Assembly: GCA_013239625.1 (NCBI GenBank)
Contig: MU053911.1
Location: forward strand, 757,590 to 821,589
From: Lama guanicoe
Taxonomy: Eukaryota
DNA length: 64,000 bases
Direction: 5' to 3'
In this document: positions 25,925-39,400 of the stretch, in pieces
Layout: every line of letters begins with the position of its first letter
Numbering within the stretch: the first letter of the stretch is position 1
The notes under the pieces: generated by a model
Seen by the model: only the letters and a program-made list of their open reading frames with translations
Told to the model about the DNA's origin: nothing
Database searches by the model: none
Position numbers and translations under genes: made by a program

Positions 25925-25992
25925 TAATAATAAACATCATGATAAAAGCTTCTGCAAACTAGGGATAGAAGGAATTTTCCTTAATCTGATGG
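25925..25992 (+). mobile_element. Old L1 ORF2 (RT region) fragment
   Basis: atgataaaagcttctgcaaactagggatagaaggaattttccttaatctgat translates to ...KLGIEGIFLNL, like L1 RT KLGIEGxxLNxIK. Confidence 0.6.
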
Positions 25993-26064
25993 GAAGAGTA
26001 TTTTATGCTTTTCAATTTTCTTCTATTTTCTCACTTCTTTTTCTCTTTCTGTGTTTTGTTTGTC

Positions 26065-26185
26065 TTTTTATTCAGGTGTAATTGACTACAACACTGTGTC
26101 AGCTCTGGGTACCCAGCACAGTGATTCAATACTTCTGTACAGAATGACCACCAGCATAAGTCCAGTTGTCCTCATTGTCCACACT
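26065..26185 (-). mobile_element. L1 3'-terminal fragment
   Basis: tttattcaggtgtaattgactacaacactgtgtcagctctgggtacccagcacagtgattcaata resembles the reverse-strand L1 3' end. Confidence 0.6.
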
Positions 26186-28539
26186 GGGTTTTAGGAGTAG
26201 AAATAGGGTTAGGACAGGGTTCCAGCCATGGGGCCGCCATTGCCTTGCTGTGTGGGGACAAGCACGGTGGGGGGTGCTATTTCTTTGTGATTTCCTTTGG
26301 CCCTGGTGATGAATTCCTAGCTGCCTGAACAGGACGAGAATGGCGTGAGTGACCACACCTGCAAAGGGTGGCGGCTGGAGGTCGGCGTTCGCATAGGTGG
26401 GAGTAGCGTCGCTGCCGGGGGCAGTGGCACATCTGTCCAGCGTGGACACACACCTCCCCAGCCTGGCCCCTCACCTGGGGTGGGCAGTGCCATCGGAGTG
26501 AACGCTGTGGATGAAGAACAAAGACCAGCCCTCGCCTTCCCTGTGTCTTTGCAGCCAGCACTCTTGTTCTCCGCATGCACTGGAGGTAAAGGTAAAAATA
26601 GCTCTGCCTCCAAGCTTCACCTCGCTACACCAGGATCAGGTTCAAGGCCAAGGTTCTAGCAGAGGGAACCTTGGTAGTGACAATGGGAGAGCTCCTCCGA
26701 CCAAGGGGAGGTCGGTCCTGGGGCACAGCCTTCTCTGATTTGCCTTCACCCACTCCACCTCACTCTGCAAACACCACAAACCTAAAGGTCAGGCGCACGC
26801 GCCTTGATGCTGACGGGTCTTTGAAAAATGAACACGTTCAGAAGAAGCTATTTATCTTGGGGGAATGAATATCATTCCAGCCAGTTTCAAAAGAGATGAT
26901 TTTTTTTCACCAGCACAGTAGCACATGGTTAAGGTAACGTAACGTGTCAAGCCAACGTCTTTTGTGAATCCGGGGAGAAGCTCATTTCCAATGACACAAG
27001 GTAATTGTGAACAGAAGGGTGGCCTCCTTCAAGTCCAGCAGGAGCTCGAGTCCAGCTATTCACGTTGGCCATACCCACTCAGAATGACAAAGTCACTTGA
27101 TGGGCGGGGGACGGATATGCATTATTCACAGAGGCACCTTCAAAGAAGTCCATCAATTATAGGTTTCCCGAAACCGAAAGTCCCCGCGGGCTGGCAGTGA
27201 AAGCCAGGTGAGGAGGTTTAATGAGCGTGAGGGTTGCTCCTGGTTAATTTGCCCCTTGCTCAGGCGGCGTTCCGTGCCCCAGGAAGAGGGGCCGCCTTTG
27301 TGCTCGCTCCGCACTGCGCTGCCCTCCCAGAGGCCCCCTGACTCCCAAGCGCCGACCCTGGCTCCACGCTCGGAGTAGCCCCGGCGCGTCTGCTGCCCCG
27401 GAGCCAGCTCACAGGGAGAGAGTCTTCGCAGGTCCGGGCCGGGGCCTGGCAATCGGCATTCTCCTCTCTCCGGCTGAATCGAGTGTGCAGCCAGGGTCTA
27501 GAAACAGTGAACTACGCTGCAGTTCCTTAAGAGATCTGCATATTTTTTAACCGAAAGAGAGTTGTGAGAACCAAATACTTCAATACTTTCCCAGTATACT
27601 TAGATTCCAAAGAGTCCACTTAGGTCACTGCCATGGTTTTATGTCGCACGTGGTGGACGTGTGCCAGGTTTCAGCTTCCAGAATTTGAACTCTCCGATCT
27701 GGGGACTCGCCTTCATTGTTCGATCCTGGTGGGGGCGGGCCAAGATGCCCAACTTGGTGTTAAGTCCTGTGCTTTATTCAAGCAGCTGGGAGACAAACTA
27801 TCTGTCCACAACTGTGTTGAGGACATATTTCAACATGACCATGACCCTCAGCACCTGTCCAGGCAGGCAGAGCATTCCCCTGCAGGTCTGCCTCTGGCTC
27901 CTGCCATGCAGGATTTGGGACAGTCCTCCTGCCCCGGGGGTCACAGCCCACTCACGACCCGCCCTGTCTGCCAGGTTGACTCTGTCATGGACTCCCCCAC
28001 TGGCGTTCCCAAGTGGCACTGAAAAGGGCCGCAAAGAAAAATCACAGTAAATGCATCACGATGGGCCAAATGGACAATGCTCTCCATCCCTTGAGGAAAC
28101 TATGTTCTGTCCTTTGAAGAGGATGTTGAAAGACAGTTTGCCCAGACCATCCTGATGTGGCGGCAGGCACCTCAACTCACCCTCATCTCCCCTTTTAATT
28201 ATTCCAAATCCTGCCCGTTCTTCAAGACCAGCGTCAAATCCTTGCCCTCCTCCCGTGAAGCGACGTACCCTTTTCTGCTAAAACAATCACCCAGCCCTTG
28301 ACCGAAGTACATGTATTTGCGAACATTCTAGAATCAAAATAAAAGCTACCGTGAAGATGAGAAGAGTAATCCTTATACCAGCCGCGTCTGCCGAGAGAAC
28401 GTGCCCCGGCGGCGAGCGTTAAGCCGTTAACAGCCACCAGGGTAAATTTCAGCCGCTCACGGTCCTACCGGGAAATGTGACGTGGCGCAAGGCTTGCTGT
28501 GCGCGCCCAGAGCAAGGAGACTCCGCTCAGGTTCCCCTC

Positions 28540-28670
28540 TGTCTGTGGACCCTCGGGTCAGGTAACTTCACTCTCTCACCCAGAGTTGCCTCAACTGCAA
28601 ATCAGTTGCGACGGCCCTGCCTCGCAGGGACGCTCCCGGGGTTACACGCACTGTATCGCACGAGGGGATC
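28540..28670 (+). mobile_element. Degenerate, GC-shifted MIR
   Basis: ctgtggaccctcgggtcaggtaacttcactctctcacccagagttgcctcaactgcaaat...cctgcctcgcaggg follows MIR core order. Confidence 0.45.
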
Positions 28671-29377
28671 AGCCAGCACCCCGTTCATAGTCACCTGACG
28701 GATATTAGCTGTGATTGTTATACGTTGACCCCGGCTTAGATTTCATGCTTACCTCTTCATGTAAAGTAGTGACCGTCCCTTCCAGCACCTCTGGCTTCGG
28801 CGCCCGCAGCAGACAACAGAGCAGCTCGCCAGGCGAATAGCTGCTTGATAGATAACAGAGCTATCAGGCAACTTGTCATTTAGGGGAAAAATGGGTTGAA
28901 TGAGGCTTTTCATTGTTTTGTCCCAACTTTTAAAGGTTAACAGGAAATCCAGTCCTGTTAAATGGTTACCTCGCTCGCTCATAGTGCAGAGCTCAAACAC
29001 AAGGACAAAGATTTGATCCTTGCCCTAAAGGACGCCTTGCAGGCAAGCAGGAAACATGACCACTCCAGCAGAGGAAAAGGAAGAGGAAATGAGCTCGCAT
29101 GGTGGGGAGGCAAGTAGGGACCAATCACAGATAATGCCCTGCCGTTATGAGCGCGTCCACGGGTTCCGAAACGTTATCCAGTACTGAGAGAGGAAATCTG
29201 GGCTGACGTGTTATTTTCTGAGCTGTTTATTAAAGTATTGGCTGCAGAAGAAATGGGAGCAGCCTTCAACTCCATCCCCCGACTCAAAGCCAGTGCTGTG
29301 TCACCAGGCCTCCTGGCTGACTGAGGGGAGAGGGGGAAGACGAAGATTCTGAAAAAGCTGTTGAGAACAGTTAAGAC

Positions 29378-29429
29378 ACTGCTGGACACCAGAAGCTGAC
29401 ACATTGTAACTGACTATACTAAAAAAAAA
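29378..29429 (+). mobile_element. Very short L1 3' terminus with poly(A)
   Basis: ctgctggacaccagaagctgacacattgtaactgactatact followed by A9; compare 12190-12240. Confidence 0.75.
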
Positions 29430-31649
29430 GTATATGATCTTAAAAAGGGAGGAAAAACAAGAAGAAACCTGATCGTGTCCATCCAACTGCAGTCTAACAA
29501 AGCTTATACTTCCAGTGGGGGCGTCTGAGGGGAGTTCCCACTCGCTGGGGGCCAGAGAAATGCCTTCCACTCCGTCAGCAGTCAGTCAGCCCCAGTGAAG
29601 GCGGCAGCTTACATTTCTACCAACCAAAATGCTCTGCCTCTGGACTATATCAGAGCAAAAGAAATTAATCAGGCACGGACAGTCGACCAAGCCTCCGAAT
29701 CTAATCTGTGCCGTGGGTCCTAACTCCGCAGCTGACTGGTTAACAGAGAAAACAGACCAGCAGACCATTTGGCCCAAGCTCACCAAGGGCCCAGAGGCCA
29801 CCTTGCTGCCAAGGTGAAGAGCAGAAGCGGTCCCTCCACGGAACACAGGGCAGTGACCTCAGTCCACCTCCCCTGGGAGAGCAGGTAAGACTCACAGGCA
29901 TTTGAAAGCATCCTGAGCTTGGATGTAGCCGGAAAGCAGCACCTACTGTCACCGAGAGGTGTGCAGCTCAGAGTCAGCCATGCCCAGAGCTGACCTCAGC
30001 CCCTCTGACTCCTCCTCCTGGGGGGTTTTAACCACCAGACTGACTGGGGCACCACTCAACCTCCGCTCCCGACCGGAAGTGCAGGCAAGCCTCTCTGCCA
30101 ACTGCAACGTCAGTCAACAGATCTAAAGAGGAGCTCGTTTCCAGCTCCCTCGGGCCAGGCACCAAGGCAGCCCCGCACCCCCGCCGGGGCTTACCGCCAA
30201 CTGCTGAGGCCAGAATCTGCGGAGTAAACTGACACGGCACCGGGCTGCTGAAATGCAGTCCAGCCAGCCTTTGTCCAGCAGCTCTTCCTGCAGTGCACTG
30301 TGCCGGGGGTCGTGGAATCACCTGATGGCCCGCGTCTAGCTCCTGCCTTCACACAGCTCCGAATCTTGGTGGCAAGACAGATATGCAAATAACTACAGTA
30401 AAAAGCAAACTTACGTACATAAGGCGTGGAACTGCAGAGACAAGCAAGCACCACGAAACATAATTGGGGCCATCGCCTTCCCTCCTCCACAGCCCTGTCA
30501 CCTGCTAACGACCGTCGCCAAAGAAAACGACCGAGGGCTGAGTCGCTGCCACCTCCCCATTAGGATTCCGCTCATGTCACCCTCCTGCCAAGCCCTTAAT
30601 CAGCACTTTCACTTCAGTCACCGTGATTGCAAAGGCCTGGCTGCAGGACAACTGCAGAAAGTCATTGTTTCACCCTGACCAGTGTGGTTTGAAAAGTTGC
30701 TACCTTCAGAGAAAGTAGAAACTCAAAAAAAAAAAAAAAAGTGCAATTTTCCTCTTCAAGGTCTTTGCAAAAGTGCCTGCGACACATCCACCAGTACTTT
30801 ACAAATCAACATATATGGAAATTTCTAATTAGCATATCATGGGATCATATACCTCCTCTCTTTTCTTCCCTCTGATCTCTTCCTCTCGTAATTAAACCAG
30901 CTGTGGCTATTTCTGCCTTTTTCAAGCTCCAAGAATAACCTTCCCCTTTTTCTATCAGAACCATTAGAAAAAAGGAAAGTCTCAACATGGCGTTGGATGA
31001 ACACACCAGGATCTTATTTGAGCCCATAATTAACATCCAGTTTAATCCACAGCAAATAATTAACCTAATCTAGCAGACCTCAGTGAGAGGCTTCCACAGT
31101 AAACGCTCTTCGTGTACCTGACGGAAATGACTAAAAAGAATTTCCTCCCACCACCGTCCCCAGCCTCAAAAGATCCATAAAACCTCAGAACCATAAAAAA
31201 TCTTTGAAACTTCCATTTTATAATCCAAAAGAAGACAGAGTAACTGGGCATTACACCAGAAAACGCATCACACTGACCTTCCCAGCCCCAGTAAGACACG
31301 CATCAAGGTCCCTCTCCTCAAAAAGGAAGAGATTCAGAAGGGAGAGTCAGGATGTGAACCCGGGTCTTCTGAACCAGGTCTCTCTCACCGGTGCTCAGGT
31401 TCCTGCCCTGCGCTGACTCCCCAGGGCTGACCGCGTTCATGAGCTGCACATGACGGTGCAGCAGCTCGGGCTCTCATGGTCACGCAGGCTAAGTCTCGGA
31501 CAGGCTTGTGCCTGGACCACACAGCATCCATGCTCCCTGCCTCCTGCTGCTGATAACGTGCTTGTGGTTCCTCCAGGACAGATGTCTTCATTTCTCCCTT
31601 TTCTTACCCTTCCTTCTAACGTTATCTTCTTGATGTCAAGTAATACACA

Positions 31650-33130
31650 ACAGTCGGAGGAAAAAGCTACCGAACTCCCCTTCCCAGAGGTAACCACTTT
31701 TTGCTGTGCATGGGTGTGTAGTGTTTTCCACATTCTCTGCGCATTTGTGTTCTACAAACACATCACTTTACGTTCGTGCAGTCATTCCATTCCATCCTGT
31801 GATTTGCCTTTTCCACTTCACGTACCTTGGCATTCTTTCCACATCACATTCCTGTAACTGTCTATTCATTTGAACTTGAGCTGCGTATCCCATCGTATGA
31901 AAGCATTAGGATTTCACCAGCATTCTGTTTTTCCTAGTGTGTGGCTGTTACAAACAGCAATGTAGCAAAACAAAATTATAAAGGCAGTAGGAACAAACAT
32001 AGTAGAAATTTTTTAAAAACCCTGCACAAAGGAAAACCTATCTTCGACAAGATATAAAAACCCAGAAAATAAGAGATTTACCGTCCTGAAACAATAACAT
32101 TCAAAATATAGGACATTATCAAACAGATAAAATACTTGCAATATGAGTCAGAAGGAGGATTACTATCCAGAGTATATAAAGAGCTCCTATAACTCAACAA
32201 GAAAGTGCTGCAGTGCGGAAAATGTAACTGGCATGATCAATGCGATGCTTTTATCTTTTTACTGCAATTGGTTACAACAGTATATTTCCTGGTGTTGAAC
32301 CATCCTTGTGTTCCTGAGACCAATACATCATTATCAAGGAAGGATTTTCTTTTAATAAATTAGGATTCAATTTCTTGCGTGCTGCATTTAGATTTGTTCA
32401 TGAGATCGGTGTATAGTTTGAGGGGAAAACATTTTCATTATTATTTTCAAATGTGTTCTATTACAGAGGTTTGTGGGGGTTTATTTCCTTGTTTATTCTC
32501 AAAGAGTGACCATTTTTCAAGGAGAGAACTAAATTCATTCACAGTCATTATGTTTGAACACAATTCTGCCATCTTACTTATTATTTAACATTCCTTCCTG
32601 TTGGTTTCTATGGACTCCTCCTTTTTCATTTTTGTTTTTCTTTCTTTTACTTTCTAGACTTTGGTAGTATTGATCAACTTGTCTTTATTCCATTTCCCTT
32701 CTCCAGTGTTCCAGAAGTGAGACATCCTAATGCTAATTCTGAAATAGTTGCTCTCAGACTTCTTTTACACACAAAACTAAGCATGTTGATTTCTGTATTC
32801 TCTCCAGAAACAAGAAGGAGCCTGCATGTGTTGCCCTACTCACCAACTCCTCGCTGCTCCTCCCTCGACAAGAGTCCTTGGTCTTAGTTCTAGATTGTGA
32901 CTTTATATTATGGGTCAAGAGCAATACTTCATACTGTTTCACTTTCTGTGCGCTTCCTTGATCACTGTGATAATCACCATCATTTTGTAGATTTATTTTT
33001 CATTCCTATGCTATTGTCTTATAATTCTTTCAGAGCTGGTCAGTCAATCCCGAATCACTGTATGTCTAACTGGTCTTTACTGTCCCCCATAAGCTTGAAT
33101 GCTGTTTTGTCTGCGTGAGGCATTCAGGGT
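31650..33130. mobile_element. Cluster of old L1ME-like fragments in mixed orientation
   Basis: ccccttcccagaggtaaccact...(minus, about 31650-31960); aaatacttgcaatatgag...tatccagagtatataaagagctcctataactcaacaag (plus, about 31970-32210); gttgaaccatccttgtgttcctg...ggattcaatttctt (minus, from about 32250). Confidence 0.6.
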
Positions 33131-33404
33131 TGAGCACAAAGTGAGGTGAGGAAAGAGACGTGCTCGGTCACCAGCTGGCCCCACCCTGGAGAAAGGCTCC
33201 GCATCCCCACGAGCGGGAGCTCTGAGCCAGCAGGACCCCTGTTATTCTGCGGGTAAGTTGCTTCCCTCTTTCCTGAAAACCTGTGCTGTGACCACATGGT
33301 CCCCAGCTCTGGTCTTACTCACGGAGGCTAGTACTTGCAGCATCCTTCACTCTGCAGAGTGGGTACTGTCCTCACTTCTTGGAAATTAGCTTTTGCTATT
33401 TCTC

Positions 33405-33635
33405 CAAATGGTTAGGATCACAGGCTTTAGGGCAAACAGCCCGTGTTTGAATGTCCTCCACCACTGTTTAGTCGTGTGACTTTGGGCAAACTGCCTAGCC
33501 TCCCTGCTGTTCAGCTTCCCCATTTAAAGAGTGGGGTTAGTCATAGTCCGTATCTCTTAGAGTTGCTGAGAACTGAGTGAGTTAATTCCTGAAGAGCTCT
33601 TGAAAATGTCTGGCACATAATAAATGCTCAACAAT
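33405..33635 (+). mobile_element. Near full-length MIR SINE
   Basis: tggttaggatcacaggcttta...tgtgactttgggcaaa...cagcttccccatttaaa...tgtctggcacataataaatgctcaa. Confidence 0.85.
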
Positions 33636-36219
33636 TCACTTTTTTTGAGTTCTCCTCTGTTGCCTGAATCATTTCTGTTTTCTTCATACTGGGTTTGTCT
33701 TTTTTTTTTTCGCCATGATGGTGGTCTTCCTTGAATATCTAGTAACCCTTGGTTATCGTTATGATGAAAAACAAGATTAACTAGATTAACTAGGGCAGAC
33801 GGCTTCTCTGCTGTTTGCTCCAACGCCTGTGATCTTAACCATTTGGAGAAACAGGAAAAGAGGTAGAAATGTTTTCCCAAAATGCATTCCCTAAATGTGA
33901 AAGCTGGCCAACCTCCCCCACCACTGGGTTCTCAGCTTCTAGGCTTGGCTTCCTTTCTGGGTTCCAGAAATTTCCCACAAGCTTTGGTCCAATGACAACT
34001 TACTGTCTAACCTTCTGTTTCTCTTGCAGGCACATTCTTTTTAAAGGGTTCTTTTGTGCCATCGAAGGTGGGGTGAGGCCAGCGGGGGAGCCGGGCTCAG
34101 TCGGCCCCAGATGCTGCCCCTCCCACAGCTTCTCAGCTCTCCCCCTCCTGCTCTCGGGCACCTTCAGTGTAAACTCCCGAATCAGGCACTTTCACACCCC
34201 CAGGTTTGGCTCTGGGGTGTCTCTGATGACTCACCTCTTGCCGCTCTCTTCCCCTCACACGCTGGCTTTAGCCGAAGTGAATTCCCTGCGTTTCCTCAGC
34301 ACAACACACCGCTTCCACCTCAGTTCACACTCACTCTTCCTTTGGTTGACGGCTGCTCTTCCTGACGGCAGCTCCGATCTTGTTCCTCATCAGTCAGAAG
34401 AAGTCTTAGAATACATTGACTTTAGGGGCCTTCCAGCTCTAAAATGTATAATCACACACAAGTAAACTCATTGATATCGAAGCCCTTTCTTCTTACCTCC
34501 GCAGCATGGCAAGGTGTCACAGGTTCTAAAGGAAGGTGCGGGACACAAACCTTTATTGTTTACCTAAGTCCCCCAGCATCTCAGGGTTACAGGGCTTTTC
34601 ATGGCAGACCCAGGGCTTCTCACATGCTGCATAGAAACTAACATGCAAGCACCGCAGATCGAGCCAGGGCTCACTAAGAACAGCCGCCCAGATCCCCAGC
34701 TAACCCTTCAGTTAGGGGCCCTGATAGAGAAATGGCTCCGGACAGAGCCCAGCCAGTTTTCATCAGTTAACTGAAGAAGCTCAAACCATGACCTTGGATC
34801 ACATCCCTGACATTTTTGAGTTTTCCTGCAGACACCAGGGGCAATGTGTGAGAGCACATGCTGTCCTGCTGATGAGTGTGTGGTTTGCGCAGAGGGCAGC
34901 CGTGTGCCCCCGGCAGGGCCGGGCCTCTCCCCACTCCCTGCTGCAGGCATCACTTCTCCCAGAGACTCAGAGAGTCATCCTGGGCTCTGCTCTGCCCCAC
35001 TTGTCAGTTAATTTCTTATATTCCGCCCCCCCGGGATGCCGTGCTATCCGGAGACTTAATACCATCATAATCCCCCTGCCATAAAAGACAAAACCTGTCC
35101 ATAAAGGCTGCAGCTGTGGTCCTGGAAAGGAGGAAACTCACTTTAAATCACCATCTCTGGAATGAAAGCACGCTGGTCCAGAGGACCTCGCACGCCGTCT
35201 GGAAAGGCCTTCGACGTCGCTCGGGGAGCGGTGGTGTCCCGTGGCTGAGGACACTGTGGGTGCTGTTCACCCTGGGGAGCAGTTCCAGTTCTCACCGAGA
35301 TGGAGTTCCACCGAACGGGCGGCCTGGAAAACGATCTCGAGCTCCAAGAACAGCACAAGCAGGAGCCACTGCCAGGCTCTCCAGGGAGACGCAGTGCCCC
35401 GAGCGCGCCATGCCCAGAAGCGATGGAATCGCCCACGCGGTTCCAGGCCTGAGGTGCCAGGGGCGCTGTTAACAGCCGCAGGGCACCAGGCACAGGCAGG
35501 GCTGCTGGGACCAGAGGAGCAAACGCGGCCGGAGAGGAGCGCGGCCCCCGGGGGGCTGAGGTTCTACGCAAACCTCTCCTGCACACTGCGGTTCAGGGAC
35601 TGGCCGCCTCGCCCTGCAGCCGGAGGGAGCAGCGTCCACAGGGAGGCATTTCAGCGGGACCCGCCCTCCTGCTGCGGCCGCAAGGAGTGACTTTCTAGCC
35701 AATGGGTCAGCAGAGGAAGCTGACCTCGGCACGTTCTGTGCACCGTTCCAGGAGGCGCTTGTCCTCTCTCTGCCCCGCAGTCGGGTCTGCCCGGTGGTGG
35801 CCTCAGGATGCCAGCCACCAGGGATCACGTGCAGAAACCCTCAACCCAGGTGGGATGTGTCAACAAGCCCTTTTGCCCCCAGATCAAGAGCCACATTCTC
35901 CAACTGGCTTTATCGGTAACGAGGCGGCTCAGACCTCTGCCTCTCTGATGCCCCGGCCTTTGTTCAAAGTTGGTTCTGAACATGGAAGGGGAGTCATGGG
36001 AGTTACGTTTTGGCCCCTAAGAGTCTCGTCCTTGGTGTCTGCACAGTGGGCTGGAAACAGAGGCTGGTGACACTCTTGGGGCCATAGAAGAAAGAAAACA
36101 AGCAAAGAATTCGATGTATAAATGTCCCTCATCTTTGATGGTAAAAAATACCCTGTTTTACTTCAAAAGTAATTTACATATAAGATTTTTTAAAGGATTT
36201 GGCATCCTACTAATTTTCT

Positions 36220-36245
36220 CACACACACACACACACACACACACA
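36220..36245. repeat. (CA)13 microsatellite
   Basis: Perfect CA run. Confidence 0.95.
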
Positions 36246-36417
36246 AAATCTTGAAAAGACTGAGCTATGTGGACTTTTCTTTTTAATGAGATTCCTCTTT
36301 AAGAGCAGAAGCCCTGGCAGGAGTAATGGAAAGACCATGTAAACATCTAAAAGCAGATCTGGAAGGTGAGAGTCCAGAAACATGGACCCATGGACACATC
36401 GTCCCAGAGAACGCATG

Positions 36418-36442
36418 CACACACACACACACACACACACAC
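36418..36442. repeat. (CA)12 microsatellite
   Basis: Perfect CA run. Confidence 0.95.
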
Positions 36443-39400
36443 TATTCTGATCACCTCCCTGATCATCTGAAATATCGAAAACAAGGCTCTTATTTTTCTT
36501 TGCTTCTAATGTGACCAACGGCTGGAGTTAGTAATCTACTTGGAAAGGAAACCTCCCCACTGAGCAGGTCCCAAGAAGGGAGCATGGTCATCAGACCACG
36601 CTGGCCCTCTCTCCACACTGCGTCGTGGGTGCGGTGACTTCTGAAGTCCAGCATTCCTGCCTAAATGTTCGCTCTCTTGTGGATGGGCCTGAGAAAAATA
36701 CTACTTTTAAATTTCTGTAGCATACCAGCCGCCTCTTAAAACCACTCGGCACTGCTAGACAAATCATGCCCCGTAGCAAACTATTTCATTGCAGTGTGAC
36801 ATTAGTTCGAAGGGTACAAATGAAATGCAAAGTTCTTGTCAGATTCGCTTCAGATTCTTCTAATCCTTTCTTTTGCTTTCTTACTTCATAGCACTGAGAA
36901 AGGCAAATTAATCAGCAGCTGTTTGGATTATGAAGACTTTCCGTTTCTCCTGAGAAGTTATGGCAGTTGTGAGGTGAAGTTTCCCCGCCTGCCCTCCCGA
37001 GCCAGTTAGAAAAGCCACCGGCTGGTAGACGGTCAGCTGGCACGAGACGTCACCGCACACCTTCACACAAGTGCTCAGATGAACTTTGCGTCCGGAGAGC
37101 TGGAGGCGTTAGCTTCTGTAATCCACCCAGAAGTTCACACTTTCAAAACGGAACAAGGGTGGGAAGGGAGAGGCGGCGCACTGAGAAGTGACTCCAGATT
37201 CAGGTTTGCAATCCTGGGGTACTTATCTTCTCGAATCTTTATGTTTTTGCTAAATATTCACTCCTGCTGGCCTAATTACAGCCCCAGAGGAAAACAGCGA
37301 GCAGGATGTGTGGTGCTCAAAACTCACCCATGTGGAGAGACGGGCACGTCGGACTAAGTGCCAGCTTCGGCACTGAGCAGAACACGTGTACTTCTCACTG
37401 AGCGAAGGTTTGCAAATTTTGCCATCAGCAAAACACATTTTTATTGCCTCCTAAGTAACTTCCCATGATAGAAAAATATTTTCCCCTCAACTTAGAATTT
37501 TTGTCTCACAAAATACTGAAACTTCGCCAGCAGGTAAAACACTTAACCCCAAATTAATTAGCGAGCAAACTACAGGATAGTGGGGAGAGGCTCCACGCTT
37601 CTGTATCATTCTCCCGGAAGCAGGAAGGACATGTGGAAACCCCCAGCGTCACCAGGTGCTGCCCAAGAGTGCTGGGGGCTCTCCATGACCACGACAAAAT
37701 GTAACACCTGAACCAGGAGGGAGCAGTTCTCCTGCCTCTTGGCCCAAAGCGGTCCTGTCTGCAAGACTCCACTCACACAGCTGGAGGGGCTTACTCAGCG
37801 GGCCGGCCCCACCGGTCAGCACTCGTGCCCCCTGTTTACTGGATGGGGGTGCAGCCAAGGCCCCCCACCGGTGCCCCAGAAGGACATCAGACCAGGCCCT
37901 CCACCCAAACGAGGACGAAGAACAAGCTCTCACACAGGTCTTTACCGTCACCATGCTGTCAAGTTCTTGAAGACACCGTCTGGGTCTTGTTGACACTCAC
38001 GTGTCCCCAGATGCCACAGACGCCCCGGCACATGACACACAGTGGGCTTGGTAACAGTTTCTGCTGTGTTCCACTTTTCCATGCTTTTTTTTTTTTTAAT
38101 GAATCAACCTTAAAAGAAATGATATGCTCCCTGGATTTGACTGAGAGAACTGATCCCACGACTTCTGAAGATTTGTCCCTTAAATATTGGTCCTTCTGAA
38201 CAAGCCAAGGTTCTCTTCACAGATAAGTTTGTAAACTACCAGTCGCACCCGGGCTCTGATGGATAGAACTGATCCCCGGACGTGTGGACGGCCCTGCTGA
38301 CCGCAAGCCACATGTGACCAAGGGAGCTAGTGAACCCTTCTCACTGTGAGGGGCGTCCCTGAGTAGCTGCATCAGAACGGCTCAAACGGAGCCTCCTTAG
38401 ACGAAAACTAAAATACTTGCAACGAAAAAACCACCAGCTAGACGTAACAGCCTGTCAAACAATGCAGAACAAAAGACCAGCGAGCTTGCAGGCAGACAAA
38501 GCAAAACAGCCACAGCATCTAAAACAGAGCGTCAAGAAAGAAGGCAGGGGTGTCAGCGCAGAGCGGCAGCGGCATCTGGCACGACACCAGGTGGCCTCGT
38601 GCTTGTGTAGCTGGGTTCCCAAGGGCCAGTAAAGGACCAAGAGAAAGAAAAGAACTTAAAGAATTGAATTAAAAATGTAATCTCAAAGTCTGATAAAAAA
38701 AAATGCGAACCCAAAGGTATGAGACGCCAAGTCAAGGAGCCTCCTGAAACCGGCAAGACATCCCCCACCCACAAAGAAAGGGGAAGTGGGCTTCTCGTAC
38801 CAAATAATTCAGTCGTGTGTTTATTAAGGCCTCCACCCTGGGCTAGTCTATGCCGTGGAGGAACACAGGGATGCTCAGGCCATGGTCCAGGCTACCAGAA
38901 GGTGTCCACAGGCATCAGACGAAACAGCAAAGCGGTGTCTGGTTAATTAAGCACTCCGTGCGCAGTCAGGACAACTCTGTACTCGGGAGGGGGGACCACG
39001 GGCTTGAGTCAGAGGGAAGGGTGACTGAACACCTGGTGCTCGATCAAGGTCCAGACAGGTGAGCACAGGTGTGATGGGGCCCGGGGACCAGCGGGTCCCC
39101 GGTGACAGAACTTCTGCATAACATCCATAGGTGTCCAGCCAAATTGGCGATAGGTTGAGGATTGAGGGTTTAGCAAAGGATCCACAAACAAGATTGTCAA
39201 CTGCCTCTTGAAAGGAGATGTAAGAGAGCATGAAGTGCTCAAGAAATGACACTCTATCCAGTGGAGCTGAGCTTCCTGGCTTAGGAAGAGGAGCCTCAGA
39301 GCATAAAATCATGAAGGTCCTTGAGTGCCAGGCTCTGACATCCAGTTGCTTCCCAGCGTGTTCAAAGACAGAGTTTGTTTCAAGGACATCTAACAGGCGG

